A DNA stretch of 64,000 nt, taken from NCBI GenBank assembly GCA_963675495.1, contig OY776215.1, forward strand, positions 32,001 to 96,000, read 5' to 3'. Source of the DNA: an uncultured Methanolobus sp. GTDB lineage: Archaea > Halobacteriota > Methanosarcinia > Methanosarcinales > Methanosarcinaceae. Numbering within the stretch: the first letter of the stretch is position 1; each line of letters begins with the position of its first letter. Made by a program: the position numbers and the translations under genes. The notes beneath the pieces were generated by a model. It was not told the origin of the DNA. It saw only the letters and a program-made list of their open reading frames with translations, and did no database searches. Shown piece by piece: positions 17,296 to 27,520 of this stretch.

Positions 17296-18888
17296 ATGAT
17301 AAAAAAGATATGGGGTATAAGTTTACTTATTTTAGTTTCCTTGATGGTGATGCCATCACTGGCTGGAGCTGAAGCTACAGTCATCTGGGATGGGGAAGTT
17401 GATCTTAACGGAGGTATTTTTGACTACATTCCTGCATCAAACCAGTCTGCAAGTTATGAATGGTCAAGCCTAACGGATCTTGGTGCCCTTCAGACCGCAT
17501 CAGAAGCTGGTGGCTTTGAGATCAATTCAAGCGATCTTCATGCTGAATACGGTTCATTCTTCATCAACAGTATCGATGGAACCTCCAATGAAGAAAATTA
17601 CACATGGAGTATTCTGATAAACGATGAAACTGTATGGAATGGTTTGGGTCTTAACGAACTGAACGATGGAGATAAAGTTACATTTTACTATTTGGAGTGG
17701 GTTGTGGATGATGCAGGAAACTACGTAGCAGATGTAGAGAATGCTACACAGATGGTGAACATTAAAGTAAATGATGCAACTGTCATCTGGGATGGAGAAG
17801 TTGACCTTAACGGAGGTATTTTTGACTACACTCCTGCAGCAAATCCATCTGCAAGTTATGAATGGAAAAGCCTTACCGATCTTGGTGCCCTTCAGGCCGC
17901 ATCCGAAGCTGGTGGTTTTGGGATAAGTACAAGCGATTATCAGGCTGAATACGAATCATTCTATATCAACAGTATTGATGGAATAGCCAATGAAGAAGCA
18001 GGAGGATATTCATGGTCTATTCTGATAAACGATGAAACCACATGGAATGGTCTGGGTCGTAACAGCTTGAACGATGGAGATTCCGTTACATTCTGCTATG
18101 TTATGTGGATTGAAGAAAGTCCAGGGAACTGGGTAGCAGATGTGGACAATGCTGCACATATCGTGAGTGTTAAGGTAAATGATGTAACTGTCATCTGGGA
18201 TGGTGAAGTTGACCTTGAGGACGATACTTTTGATTACATCCCTGCATCAAATCTATCTGCCAGTTATGAATTGTCAAGCCTAACAGATCTCGGTGCCCTT
18301 CAGGATGCATCCGAAAAAGGTGACTTTGAGTTCGCTGCAAGTGATGATTATTATGCGACCTATGGTTCATTCTACATCACCAGTATTAATGGAATTGCCA
18401 ACGAGGGCAACTATTCGTGGTGTATTCAGATAAACGATGAGTTTACTACCTCCGGTTTAGGTGCTAACGACCTGAGCGACGGGGATACCGTGACCTTCTA
18501 CTATGCTGAATATGATGAAAATTGGGTGCAAGATATAGAGAATGCTTCATACAAGGTGAATATAGATGCCTCTGTAGCTCCTGAAAGTGAGGACGAAAGC
18601 AGTTCAAGTTCAAGCAGCAGCTCTAGGAGTTCAAGCAGTAGTAGTGGAATAGCTAGATCAACTGCTGTAGAAACTGTTGAAGAAGAGGAAACAAATGTTT
18701 CTGAAGAACCAGATACAGTATATTCAGTGATTGACGAAGAACCCGAAGAAGAACCAGAATCAATAGACCCAACTAAGATGTCTGTTGAATCTAATGTCGA
18801 TAGTGCAGCATCCCCTGGATTTGAAGCAGTATTTGCAGTAGCCGGATTCCTGCTTTCCGCTATTTTCCTTGCAAAAAGGAGAATGTAA
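17296..18888 (+). CDS. Surface protein with three tandem DUF4430 (transcobalamin C-terminal-like) domains, Ser/acidic linker and PGF-CTERM
   Basis: Three units of about 135 aa: VIWDGEVDL...LTDLGALQ.AS...YGSF.I.SI.G..N....W.I.IND....GL....L.DGD.VTF.Y; ends SPGF + TM + KRRM. Confidence 0.8.
   Translation: MIKKIWGISLLILVSLMVMPSLAGAEATVIWDGEVDLNGGIFDYIPASNQSASYEWSSLTDLGALQTASEAGGFEINSSDLHAEYGSFFINSIDGTSNEENYTWSILINDETVWNGLGLNELNDGDKVTFYYLEWVVDDAGNYVADVENATQMVNIKVNDATVIWDGEVDLNGGIFDYTPAANPSASYEWKSLTDLGALQAASEAGGFGISTSDYQAEYESFYINSIDGIANEEAGGYSWSILINDETTWNGLGRNSLNDGDSVTFCYVMWIEESPGNWVADVDNAAHIVSVKVNDVTVIWDGEVDLEDDTFDYIPASNLSASYELSSLTDLGALQDASEKGDFEFAASDDYYATYGSFYITSINGIANEGNYSWCIQINDEFTTSGLGANDLSDGDTVTFYYAEYDENWVQDIENASYKVNIDASVAPESEDESSSSSSSSSRSSSSSSGIARSTAVETVEEEETNVSEEPDTVYSVIDEEPEEEPESIDPTKMSVESNVDSAASPGFEAVFAVAGFLLSAIFLAKRRM
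17374..18570 (+). repeat. Three intragenic tandem repeats of about 400 bp
   Basis: Units start at about 17374, 17776 and 18184, each containing GTCATCTGGGATGG.GAAGTTGA. Confidence 0.85.
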
Positions 18889-18981
18889 TTAGTCTGCATA
18901 AAAAATGAAAATGTGTCGAAAAGCCAATAAAGAGCTTTACGACACCTTTTTTAAATTTTAATACAGGTTTAAGGTAGCAAA

Positions 18982-20334
18982 ATGGCTGGACAAAAAACAG
19001 TATTCTTATTTTTTTTGAGTGTAGTGCTATTCTTTTGTATCTTGTCAAGTGTTGTATGTGCTTCTGATTGGACCCAGTTTCAGAAAGATAAAATTAATTC
19101 CGGTGTTACAATAGATGAAGCACCTATATCTGACCCGATGACTGGAAATTCATTGTCATGGGAAAGGGAATTATCAACGGGTATCGACATTGCACCTATA
19201 GTTAATGGAAACTTCGTGTACGTGGCAACCGGTGGCAACAAAGTGTATGCTATCGATAAAAATACAGGGGACATTTCCTGGGAAAAATCTTCAAGTGGTA
19301 GTGGCTTTCTTCTTGCAAATATCGCTTACGGAAAAGGCATGATATTTGTTCCAACTAAAGATGGAAGTATGTTTGCTTTTGATGCAGAGACAGGAGTTGA
19401 AATGTGGAATGTCACGGTATCTACTAATCAACTGAATACGCCTATAACATACGATAATAATCGGATATTTTTTGGGGATTGCATAACTGGTGGCAGTAGT
19501 TCGTCAAACGATGGGATATACTATTGCTATGATGTGGAAGATGGTACCGAAGTCTGGAGTCGTGATTCTACCAGCAGTGGAGGTTACTACTGGGCAGGTG
19601 CAGCTGTGAAGGGGGATTATCTGATCTACGGTGATGACAGTTCGCATCTGGTCTCAGTTGAAAAAGATACGGGTAATACTATTGATGAACTTGATGTCTC
19701 TTCAGTTTTTAGTGTTAACGCAAAGGAGATTCGTTCTTCCATTGTTTTTAGCAATGACAAATTGTATTTTACATCAAAAGGTGGATATTGTTTTGCCCTT
19801 GGATTTAATGATAGCAGTGGTATGTTTGACAAAGCGAATGCTTACAATGGTTACATAGGCCCAAGTGTATCAACACCAGCTATCTATAATGAAAAGGTCT
19901 ATGCTGGAAGTGCCGGAGCTTTATCCTGTTTAAATGCAGCCGATTTAACAGACATCTGGATTTTTGCGGTATCTGGTGATGTAAAATCCTCTCCTGCTTT
20001 ATCGAAACGATATGATACAGGAAATGGGACCGTCTATATCTATTTTACAACAAATACTGAAGATGGGATGGTCTACTGCCTTAAAGATTACAATGGGAAC
20101 ATCGATCCTGTAGTACAATGGTCATATGGTGAATCGGGAAAAACAGACTGGTCTCTTGCAGGTGTAGCATTATCTGATGGATGGATATATTACGGCACTG
20201 ATACAGGTTATTTTTTTGGTTTAACAAACAAAGAAGCAGTATATGAAAACGATGGGAGTAGTAACAGCGATTCCGCAAACATCTTTTTCGTACTGGAGAA
20301 GCTTGTGGAAAAAATTTTGTTATTTTTGAGATAA
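18982..20334 (+). CDS. Secreted PQQ-like/BamB-type beta-propeller protein
   Basis: Signal peptide; DWTQFQKD..NSG; repeated AFDAETG..W, STPA, SSPA blades; ends in an amphipathic tail, no PGF. Confidence 0.8.
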   Translation: MAGQKTVFLFFLSVVLFFCILSSVVCASDWTQFQKDKINSGVTIDEAPISDPMTGNSLSWERELSTGIDIAPIVNGNFVYVATGGNKVYAIDKNTGDISWEKSSSGSGFLLANIAYGKGMIFVPTKDGSMFAFDAETGVEMWNVTVSTNQLNTPITYDNNRIFFGDCITGGSSSSNDGIYYCYDVEDGTEVWSRDSTSSGGYYWAGAAVKGDYLIYGDDSSHLVSVEKDTGNTIDELDVSSVFSVNAKEIRSSIVFSNDKLYFTSKGGYCFALGFNDSSGMFDKANAYNGYIGPSVSTPAIYNEKVYAGSAGALSCLNAADLTDIWIFAVSGDVKSSPALSKRYDTGNGTVYIYFTTNTEDGMVYCLKDYNGNIDPVVQWSYGESGKTDWSLAGVALSDGWIYYGTDTGYFFGLTNKEAVYENDGSSNSDSANIFFVLEKLVEKILLFLR

Positions 20335-20389
20335 AATTCTAATTAGAACTAAGTGAAGGCAGATGATTTGTATCAGGGATGAATGTATA

Positions 20390-22801
20390 ATGAACAAAAA
20401 GAGAATATCCAACAAAGCATTCATAGTTTTTTCATTTTTTATATTTTTAATTTCAATATCAACGGTTGCTACATCGTCCGATTGGTCCCAGTTCCAATCT
20501 GACTGTGAACATACTGCATTAACAGAAGATCCGGCAATTAGGGATGATCCTGAGCTTTTATGGAGCATTAGCACCTCAATATCTGAAGAAAATGGTATCA
20601 GTGCCCCACCTATAATTGCAGATGATCTTGTGTATATTTATACAACAAATGGTTCTATATGGGCCTTTAATAAACACAATGGGAATCTGGTCTGGAGAAA
20701 CAAAACAACAGAAGGAAGCAGACTTCAATCATCTACACCTGCCTATGGTAATGGAAAGATCTTTGTTGCCAGTAATAGTGGAGATATCTTTGCATTCAAT
20801 GGGTCGACAGGTGAAAAACTCTGGAATGAACGTGTAACTGACAGCAATTTTGAATGTCCAATTACTTATTCCGATAATATGTTATACATAGGGGAGGGAC
20901 TCGAAGGTGGGGTTGCTACCAAATATTACTACTGCTACGATGAGAATGGACAGCAGCTCTGGAAATATGCCAATGAGCGATCTGTAGGTTTTTTGTGGAA
21001 TGGTGCGTGCATTGTAGGAGATTTTGTTATTTATTCAACACATGAAGGTAAACTGGTGAGCCTGGATAAAGAAACCGGAGAACTTGTGGATGAGATTGAC
21101 CTTTCTTCTGATGTACTTGATTTTGCAAAGGACGACCCTGGAATGTTCCGTTCATCTGTAACATATAGCGATGGATTTGTGTATACAAGTTCAGAAAGAG
21201 GTCAGTCTTTAGGATATGTCTGGAAGATCGGATACGATGAAGGAAAGTTCCTCAATGATGGCTGGTGTACACAGAATGGTTTCAGCACATCAACACCAGC
21301 TATTTACGAGGGGAAAGTCTATGTTGGCCAGGGTGAACATGGTTACACAGGTAATCTCACATGTCTGGACGATTCTACCGGAGAGATTCTGTGGTCTTAT
21401 TTTATTGATGCAGGTGTAAAGTCATCTCCAGTTCTTGCAGTGGATGGAGATACGACGTATATTTATTTCACAGGAGCAAAAGACAACGGATCGCTTTATT
21501 GTCTGGCAGATGATGGTTCTCTTGCTTGGAAATATAATCCACATGATGATGGTTATATATTACAGGGTGCTGCACTATCTGATGGAAAAGTTTACTTTGG
21601 GACGGACAGTGGAGATCTCTATTGTATACAGGAAAATGTCCCGGAAGGGTGGGAGCAGTTCCATAAAGATGCTCAGAATAGCGGATTCTCTCCTTCTGAT
21701 GCTCCTGATACGAACAACACATTGTGGATCAGTGAAGATATAGGAGCAGTAAAGGGTTCATCACCTGTTAGTACCAACGGGAAAGTTTACGTGAACTGTG
21801 GTGATTACGTTAGTTCTTTAGATCAGTATACTGGTGAATTTTTGCAAAACCACAGTAGAGGTAGTACTAAATATAAATCAATAGCTTCTCCTGCCTACCA
21901 TAATGGTAGTGTATGGTGTGGTTTGCCAGATTCGGTTAACAGCGGCACAACAGTAGCAGACGGAAAATTATTCGAGGGTGAGTGGGATGGTAACTATTAC
22001 TGCTTTGATGAATTGACCGGAGTGGAGTTCTGGAATTTTAGTACTAATGGGAATGCACAGGCAACACCTGCGTATGAAGAAGGCAGGGTATATTTCACAA
22101 GCTGGGAATATGGGCAGACATATGGAGGGTATGTCTATTGCGTTGATTCAAATACAGGAAGCTTGATCTGGAATCAAAGTGAAATAATGTATAACTGCTG
22201 TGGTTCTCCAACGATTTATGGTAATACTGTTTATTTGACGTCCTTCAATTTTTATGGTGATGGTGAGATTTACGCAGTAAACAAGAACAATGGTTCCATT
22301 CTATGGAATAGGTCGATACTTCGGACGGATTCAACACCAGCTGTGGGATATGGCAACGTCTATGTTTGCGGAGGATGTTATGGGTATAGTGATCTGCAGA
22401 CATACTGTTTTGATGCAACTACTGGAAATCTCAAATGGAATACGACTTCTGGTGATGGAATTGGGGGATGGCTCTGTTCGCCTGCTGTTGCAGATGAAAA
22501 GGTATTTGTAGGCACTGCTTTTGATACAGATGATGATTATACTGGACTTAATGGTACGTGTGCTTTGGACGCATTCACAGGGGAATTGATCTGGAATTCT
22601 AAATATGGAGGCTCATCTCCAGCTGTTTTGGATGGAATGTTATTTACTATTGCAGATGGCAGAGTCTATGCTTTTGGTGATGAAGTAACTGCAGGTAAAT
22701 CAAATGAGAAATCACCTGGATTTGAATCTTCCATTGCAGTATCAGGATTGCTGATATCAGTCATTTATGTGTTGAGGAGGAAAAGGAACGAAAAGGGTTA
22801 A
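20390..22801 (+). CDS. Tandem double PQQ-like beta-propeller surface protein with PGF-CTERM
   Basis: Two propellers starting DWSQFQ and GWEQFH; many STPA/SSPA blades; ends SPGF + TM + RRKR; ATG at 20390 preferred. Confidence 0.8.
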   Translation: MNKKRISNKAFIVFSFFIFLISISTVATSSDWSQFQSDCEHTALTEDPAIRDDPELLWSISTSISEENGISAPPIIADDLVYIYTTNGSIWAFNKHNGNLVWRNKTTEGSRLQSSTPAYGNGKIFVASNSGDIFAFNGSTGEKLWNERVTDSNFECPITYSDNMLYIGEGLEGGVATKYYYCYDENGQQLWKYANERSVGFLWNGACIVGDFVIYSTHEGKLVSLDKETGELVDEIDLSSDVLDFAKDDPGMFRSSVTYSDGFVYTSSERGQSLGYVWKIGYDEGKFLNDGWCTQNGFSTSTPAIYEGKVYVGQGEHGYTGNLTCLDDSTGEILWSYFIDAGVKSSPVLAVDGDTTYIYFTGAKDNGSLYCLADDGSLAWKYNPHDDGYILQGAALSDGKVYFGTDSGDLYCIQENVPEGWEQFHKDAQNSGFSPSDAPDTNNTLWISEDIGAVKGSSPVSTNGKVYVNCGDYVSSLDQYTGEFLQNHSRGSTKYKSIASPAYHNGSVWCGLPDSVNSGTTVADGKLFEGEWDGNYYCFDELTGVEFWNFSTNGNAQATPAYEEGRVYFTSWEYGQTYGGYVYCVDSNTGSLIWNQSEIMYNCCGSPTIYGNTVYLTSFNFYGDGEIYAVNKNNGSILWNRSILRTDSTPAVGYGNVYVCGGCYGYSDLQTYCFDATTGNLKWNTTSGDGIGGWLCSPAVADEKVFVGTAFDTDDDYTGLNGTCALDAFTGELIWNSKYGGSSPAVLDGMLFTIADGRVYAFGDEVTAGKSNEKSPGFESSIAVSGLLISVIYVLRRKRNEKG

Positions 22802-22894
22802 ATTATTTTAAGGTGCAGGCGCCAAAATCCAGGCTTCCTGTATCCAGTTCCTCAATAATAATATCAGCGAAACATCCCTTACAGACCCTTTTCC

Positions 22895-22923
22895 TCTTTA
22901 AAGAAGGTGTGGACAGGATTTAT
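22895..22923 (+). repeat. 29-bp direct repeat, right copy
   Basis: Identical to 12154-12182. Confidence 0.95.
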
Positions 22924-22951
22924 GCTTTTTCAGAAGGTTGCATAAATGTCT

Positions 22952-24223
22952 TCACATTAATCTTTCACGCCTGCAAAGTAAAAGGATGAACATTGATATA
23001 CATAGAAGTAGTGAGCTATTCTGTGCAAGTTTTAATGAATCTGTATCTGTTGAAGATGAAATGGAGTTCTTTGAAAACTGGTCATTTTCTTTTTCATTTT
23101 CTTCCTGCGGAGTCACATCGTTGTCATTTTTCCTATCTGAAAGAGTTTCATTTATTGTAGTTTCAGATTGTACATCTGCAGTGATGGCAAATGGTGAGAA
23201 CCCAGGGGTTGTTGCTTCAAAGGTGATATAATCTTCACTCTCTCCAGTCATCTCAGTTTCAAGTGTTTCCCATTTTCCTTCATGGTACCTTTTCAGGTGT
23301 ATATTAGTTATTTCAACATCATTTTCCAGAATCCATTCTTTAAGGACTTCAAAAGATATTTTCATATCCTCCATATTATTTTCATTGGAATAGCCTTCTT
23401 TCCCAATCCATATATTGATGTTCTTGTAAATAATACCGTCTGGTTTTTCAGAGACCGTTGAAGATACATTTTTGAGCACTTCGATGGTGCTTGCTATAAA
23501 CCCTGCATTCTTCAATGATCTGTAACTAATGGAACTGATGGGATTTGCATTCTCGTCAAATAGATAAACGACTTCTGAGTCTCCGATAACATAGAGTTTC
23601 TCTATTTCCTTAATGCCAATATTCTCAATATTTTCGTCGGTATTGCCTCCCCCACCCCCAGCACCTGAGCTGGCAGTGGCTTCTTGAATTAAAGAGGATG
23701 AAACTTCGAGAATATTGACCTGCGCGTTCTGGATAGTTATAGGGACAATTTTTCCTTCAGAATCGCTTAACATCACATTGGAAAGACTAATAACGGTATT
23801 TCCTGTGTTATTGCTTGTAGTGAATGTGATATGGACAAAGTTTCCGGGGGTACTTATCTCAACCTGGCCAAGTGTTACGGCAAACAAACCGTTGATTTTT
23901 CCTTGTTGATTATCAACTGTTCCTCCAATAAAAATGGACATGGATTCTCCCTGTTCAAAGAATCCTTCATCACCGACATTATTTGCAGAGATCATATTAT
24001 TGTCAAATGAAATGTCCATTTGTGCACCGGCAATAGCTTGATCTGGTTCTATATTGATGTAGATATCGATATTCTGGTTTGCATATACTTCCTGAGTGGA
24101 TGGTGATATGCTAACAACGGAATCTGCCGATGCGGTCAGAATACAAGAATATACAAGTGTTAATACCAGGAAAAACAGCATTCTTTTCCTGTAAATATCT
24201 GATGGAATTTTTATTGTGTTCAT
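22952..24223 (-). CDS. Cohesin-domain + PGF-pre-PGF surface protein
   Basis: Signal peptide; VSISPS...IAGAQMDISFD...G.F..ITF......ISLSNV.LSD (cohesin); Gly linker; YKNINIWIG...FEA.TPGFSPFAIT (PGF-pre-PGF); C-terminal TM + basic tail. Confidence 0.8.
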   Translation of the reverse strand: MNTIKIPSDIYRKRMLFFLVLTLVYSCILTASADSVVSISPSTQEVYANQNIDIYINIEPDQAIAGAQMDISFDNNMISANNVGDEGFFEQGESMSIFIGGTVDNQQGKINGLFAVTLGQVEISTPGNFVHITFTTSNNTGNTVISLSNVMLSDSEGKIVPITIQNAQVNILEVSSSLIQEATASSGAGGGGGNTDENIENIGIKEIEKLYVIGDSEVVYLFDENANPISSISYRSLKNAGFIASTIEVLKNVSSTVSEKPDGIIYKNINIWIGKEGYSNENNMEDMKISFEVLKEWILENDVEITNIHLKRYHEGKWETLETEMTGESEDYITFEATTPGFSPFAITADVQSETTINETLSDRKNDNDVTPQEENEKENDQFSKNSISSSTDTDSLKLAQNSSLLLCISMFILLLCRRERLM

Positions 24224-24650
24224 CCTCACACCCAACAATTATTTAAAAACTGTATAATACCATATATATTTAAAGTTTGTTATTTTAATCAGGGTGCTTT
24301 AGCATTAAGGATTCTGACTAAACAGGAGCCGTTAAAATAAGTTAAAAAATTATCATTGCCAGTTTGCTGGTCAGTTAGGTTTAATTTTGTTATGGCCGCT
24401 GCTCTTCTAAAACAGTACTATTGCTGTCGAAAAGATGAACATGCTTATATATTGCATATATATATCAATATATTAATATAGTCTGTCTTGGAGCTAGCTA
24501 TTATTCACTGCATATTAAACGCTACTTTATGAAAACTGTTCCTAAATGATGTGCACTAATAGAAATTCAATAACTGTTTTCTGCAGGCGTGATTAGGGAA
24601 AAGGAACTAAAAACAAATCAAAGAAGCCGATTTGATGAAGGTAATTTACT

Positions 24651-26822
24651 ATGGGTAAAAAAACGGAATCCGAAAAGATAAAAAATAAATTTGCCCTTTC
24701 CAATAGCAGTACATCTTCAAATTTAATTCTCTGGAAATTATTAGTGCCTTTGGTGCTTGCTGCAGTAATTTTGATTGCTGTTTTCTCGGGTATTTTTTGG
24801 TGGCAGCAGAACCAGAAAATGGAGGATCATATCCAGCTAACGACAATTTTTGTTACTGAAGAATACAATCATTCACTACAAGAACAGTCGATCACATTGG
24901 TTGAGGAAATGAATTGGATTCTCAAGAACGAAAAAGTTGAAAAAGCATTTGAAAAACGCGATGTTGAACAACTAATGGCTTCTTCCCAGAATATGTACGG
25001 GAGGCTTTCTTCAGTACACAATGTAACTCAGGTTTGCTTCCAGGGACCTGATCGTGTGAACCTCTTGCGTGTTCCTAATCCTGAATACAAAGGTGGCTTT
25101 ATTGATCGTTTTACTATTCGTGAAGCTGAAAGAACAGGAAATGTTGCTAGTGGAGTTGAATTAGGGTCAATGGGTACTTTGACACTGCGCATAGTAAAAC
25201 CAATATACAGAAATGAGACACTGATCGGGTATCTGGATTTAGGTAAAGAGATAGAAGACATCCTAGACTCAGTTGCTTACAAATCCGATTCAGAAATAGC
25301 TGTTCTTATCTACAAAGACAAACTTGATAGTGCTACGTGGGAAAGCGGTGTGCAAAGGCATGGTAAAGATGGTAATTGGAGTCTTTATCCCACACAAGTT
25401 TTGATTTACAGCACTATGCTGCTTCCTGATGAAATAGATGATATCATTAAAAATGAAAAAATGGCCAATGGTCAAATATCGCCGGAAATCGAGAGTAATG
25501 GTCAAATATGGCATTTTGCATTAGTTCCGTTGATGGATGCATCAGATGATGAAGTGGGCTACATGATCATAATGAAGGATGTCACTGACGATAAAATGGT
25601 ATTTGCTACCAACTTAAAAGTTATTGTCATCGGATCCCTTACAATTTTTGGAATATTGTTCATCTTCTATTTTATTATATTAAATAAAACTGATAAGTGC
25701 ATACTAGCAAATAAAAAAGAACTCATGGATAGTGAGGAGAAATTCAGAAATATTTTTGAAGGTGCTGTTGAAGGTATAAATGTGTCAGATGTTTCCACCG
25801 GAAAGTTCAGATATGCTAATCCGGCACTATGCCGGATGCTGGGGTATGCAGAAGAAGAATTAATGCAGCTAAAAACAATTGACATTCATCCACAGAATGA
25901 TCTGGAACAAACCCTGTCTGAATTAGAAGTCCGGAAAAAAGGTGAAAAAATCTTATTAACAAATATTTCATGTCTGCGTAAAGATGGGGCGTCTATCTAT
26001 GTAGATATAAGTGTTTTTCATGCCATGATAGATGGAAAACAATGTACGGTGGGATTTTACACTGATGTCACCGATCTTAAAAAAATAGAGGAAGAAATGC
26101 GAGCTGTTAAGCTTGCTAAGCTTGCAGCAGAGGAATCAAATCGGGTTAAGGGTGAATTCCTTGCAAACATGAGCCATGAACTAAGGACTCCACTTAACTC
26201 TATTATAGGTTTTTCTGATATGCTTCGAATTAAAAGCTTTGGCAGCCTTAACGAGAAACAATCTAAATTTGTTGGCAACATTTCAAACAGTGGAAAACAT
26301 TTGCTTGAGCTTATCAACGACATACTCGATCTTTCCAAAGTAGAGGCTGGAAAAATGAAGCTGCATTGTGAGGAAGTCGATATTTTTTCGGTATTTAAAG
26401 AAGTGAAAGATATACTTGATCCAATGGCTTCTAAAAAGAATATCACATTGGAATATACTGTTGATAAGCAACTTTCAACTATTCATGCGGATAAAATTAA
26501 ACTAAAACAGACACTCTTCAATCTTGTAAACAACGCAATCAAATTCACCGATCTACAAGGCAGCGTAAGTTTTAGTGCAAGCGCCAAGGATGATATGCTA
26601 TATGTTGAGGTCGTAGATACCGGAATTGGAATCTCAGAAGACAATTTAAAAAATCTGTTCAAGCCTTTCACACAATTGGATTCGTCCACTTCAAAAGTGC
26701 ATCAAGGTACTGGGCTTGGTCTTTCCCTTGTTAAGAAGTTCGTCGAACTCCATGGAGGCAATGTGTGGGTAACAAGTAAACCGGGGGAAGGAAGCACATT
26801 CACTTTCTCCATCCCCTATTAA
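24651..26822 (+). CDS. Membrane sensor histidine kinase (Cache-like extracellular domain, PAS, HisKA, HATPase)
   Basis: Two TMs; EEKFRNIFE PAS start; FLANMSHELRTPL; NLVNNAIKFT, DTGIGI, FKPFTQ, GTGLGL. Confidence 0.92.
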   Translation: MGKKTESEKIKNKFALSNSSTSSNLILWKLLVPLVLAAVILIAVFSGIFWWQQNQKMEDHIQLTTIFVTEEYNHSLQEQSITLVEEMNWILKNEKVEKAFEKRDVEQLMASSQNMYGRLSSVHNVTQVCFQGPDRVNLLRVPNPEYKGGFIDRFTIREAERTGNVASGVELGSMGTLTLRIVKPIYRNETLIGYLDLGKEIEDILDSVAYKSDSEIAVLIYKDKLDSATWESGVQRHGKDGNWSLYPTQVLIYSTMLLPDEIDDIIKNEKMANGQISPEIESNGQIWHFALVPLMDASDDEVGYMIIMKDVTDDKMVFATNLKVIVIGSLTIFGILFIFYFIILNKTDKCILANKKELMDSEEKFRNIFEGAVEGINVSDVSTGKFRYANPALCRMLGYAEEELMQLKTIDIHPQNDLEQTLSELEVRKKGEKILLTNISCLRKDGASIYVDISVFHAMIDGKQCTVGFYTDVTDLKKIEEEMRAVKLAKLAAEESNRVKGEFLANMSHELRTPLNSIIGFSDMLRIKSFGSLNEKQSKFVGNISNSGKHLLELINDILDLSKVEAGKMKLHCEEVDIFSVFKEVKDILDPMASKKNITLEYTVDKQLSTIHADKIKLKQTLFNLVNNAIKFTDLQGSVSFSASAKDDMLYVEVVDTGIGISEDNLKNLFKPFTQLDSSTSKVHQGTGLGLSLVKKFVELHGGNVWVTSKPGEGSTFTFSIPY

Positions 26823-26906
26823 AAGAACCAGAATTGACTTGTTGAAAATTGACTAAAAACAAATTCATTAATAGTTAGTGTTTTGATCAAGTATTTTATT
26901 TATGTT

Positions 26907-27440
26907 TTAGTTTCCACGAAGATATTTTTCCCGTGTCAACAGAAAATACTTTGCATTTTTTTCATCGTTTTTAATAGTGCCCTGATATTCCATTCCTACT
27001 CTCTTTGCCAGATTCATTGATGCAACATTCTCAGGAGCACAGTAAATGGATATTCTGTTGACGCCATGAACCAATATCATATATTCGATCATCTTTTCAA
27101 CTGCTTCGGTGGCATATCCATTGCCTCGAAACTCAGGTTCAAGGGCATAATATATTTGTGTATCAGCAGTGAATTCCATTTTCGCAAAACCACATGAACC
27201 AATTACTTTGCCTTCGTCCTTCTTGCAGATAGCCATTGCAAAGAATGGTTCATCAGTGCTGTATGATTGTATGATCATGTCAAGAAATGCTTTAGTTTCT
27301 TCAAAGCTTCGGTGAAGGGGCATGTCAGTGGAACTGGTTATTTCCTCGTTGTTGAAAAAAAGATGTAATCCTTCAAGATCTTCTTCCACATACCTTCTGA
27401 TTATCAATCTTTCCGTATCTACAGATTGTGGGATCTTCAT
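26907..27440 (-). CDS. GNAT (RimJ/RimL-type) N-acetyltransferase
   Basis: TERLIIR, IGSCG, FRGNGYATEA, NVASMNLAKRVG. Confidence 0.85.
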   Translation of the reverse strand: MKIPQSVDTERLIIRRYVEEDLEGLHLFFNNEEITSSTDMPLHRSFEETKAFLDMIIQSYSTDEPFFAMAICKKDEGKVIGSCGFAKMEFTADTQIYYALEPEFRGNGYATEAVEKMIEYMILVHGVNRISIYCAPENVASMNLAKRVGMEYQGTIKNDEKNAKYFLLTREKYLRGN

Positions 27441-27520
27441 GGATTGATATTTCTCCGACTGGTACAAAAAAGTTTTGAATCAACTATGGCATTTGTCTTT
27501 CAATCAATTATGAACCGAAC

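Larger units (their letters stand above)
12154..22923. mobile_element. Putative direct-repeat-bounded genomic islet carrying cobamide salvage genes
   Basis: Perfect 29-bp direct repeats bracket seven co-oriented, functionally coherent genes; no integrase seen, so mobility is inferred. Confidence 0.5.

Noticed and set aside
18595-18650. AGT/AGC/TCA-rich tracts (also about 35700-35730) as microsatellites
   Set aside because: Mixed codons encoding poly-Ser linkers, not a slippage repeat
22810-22894. Possible pseudogene fragment (minus strand ...GCFADIIIEELDTGSLDF...) next to the right repeat
   Set aside because: Too short, no start codon or recognisable family; cannot be supported without a search
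12154-22923. 29-bp repeat as a CRISPR repeat or dif/Xer site
   Set aside because: Only two copies 10.7 kb apart, no spacers or cas genes; no 11-6-11 dyad structure
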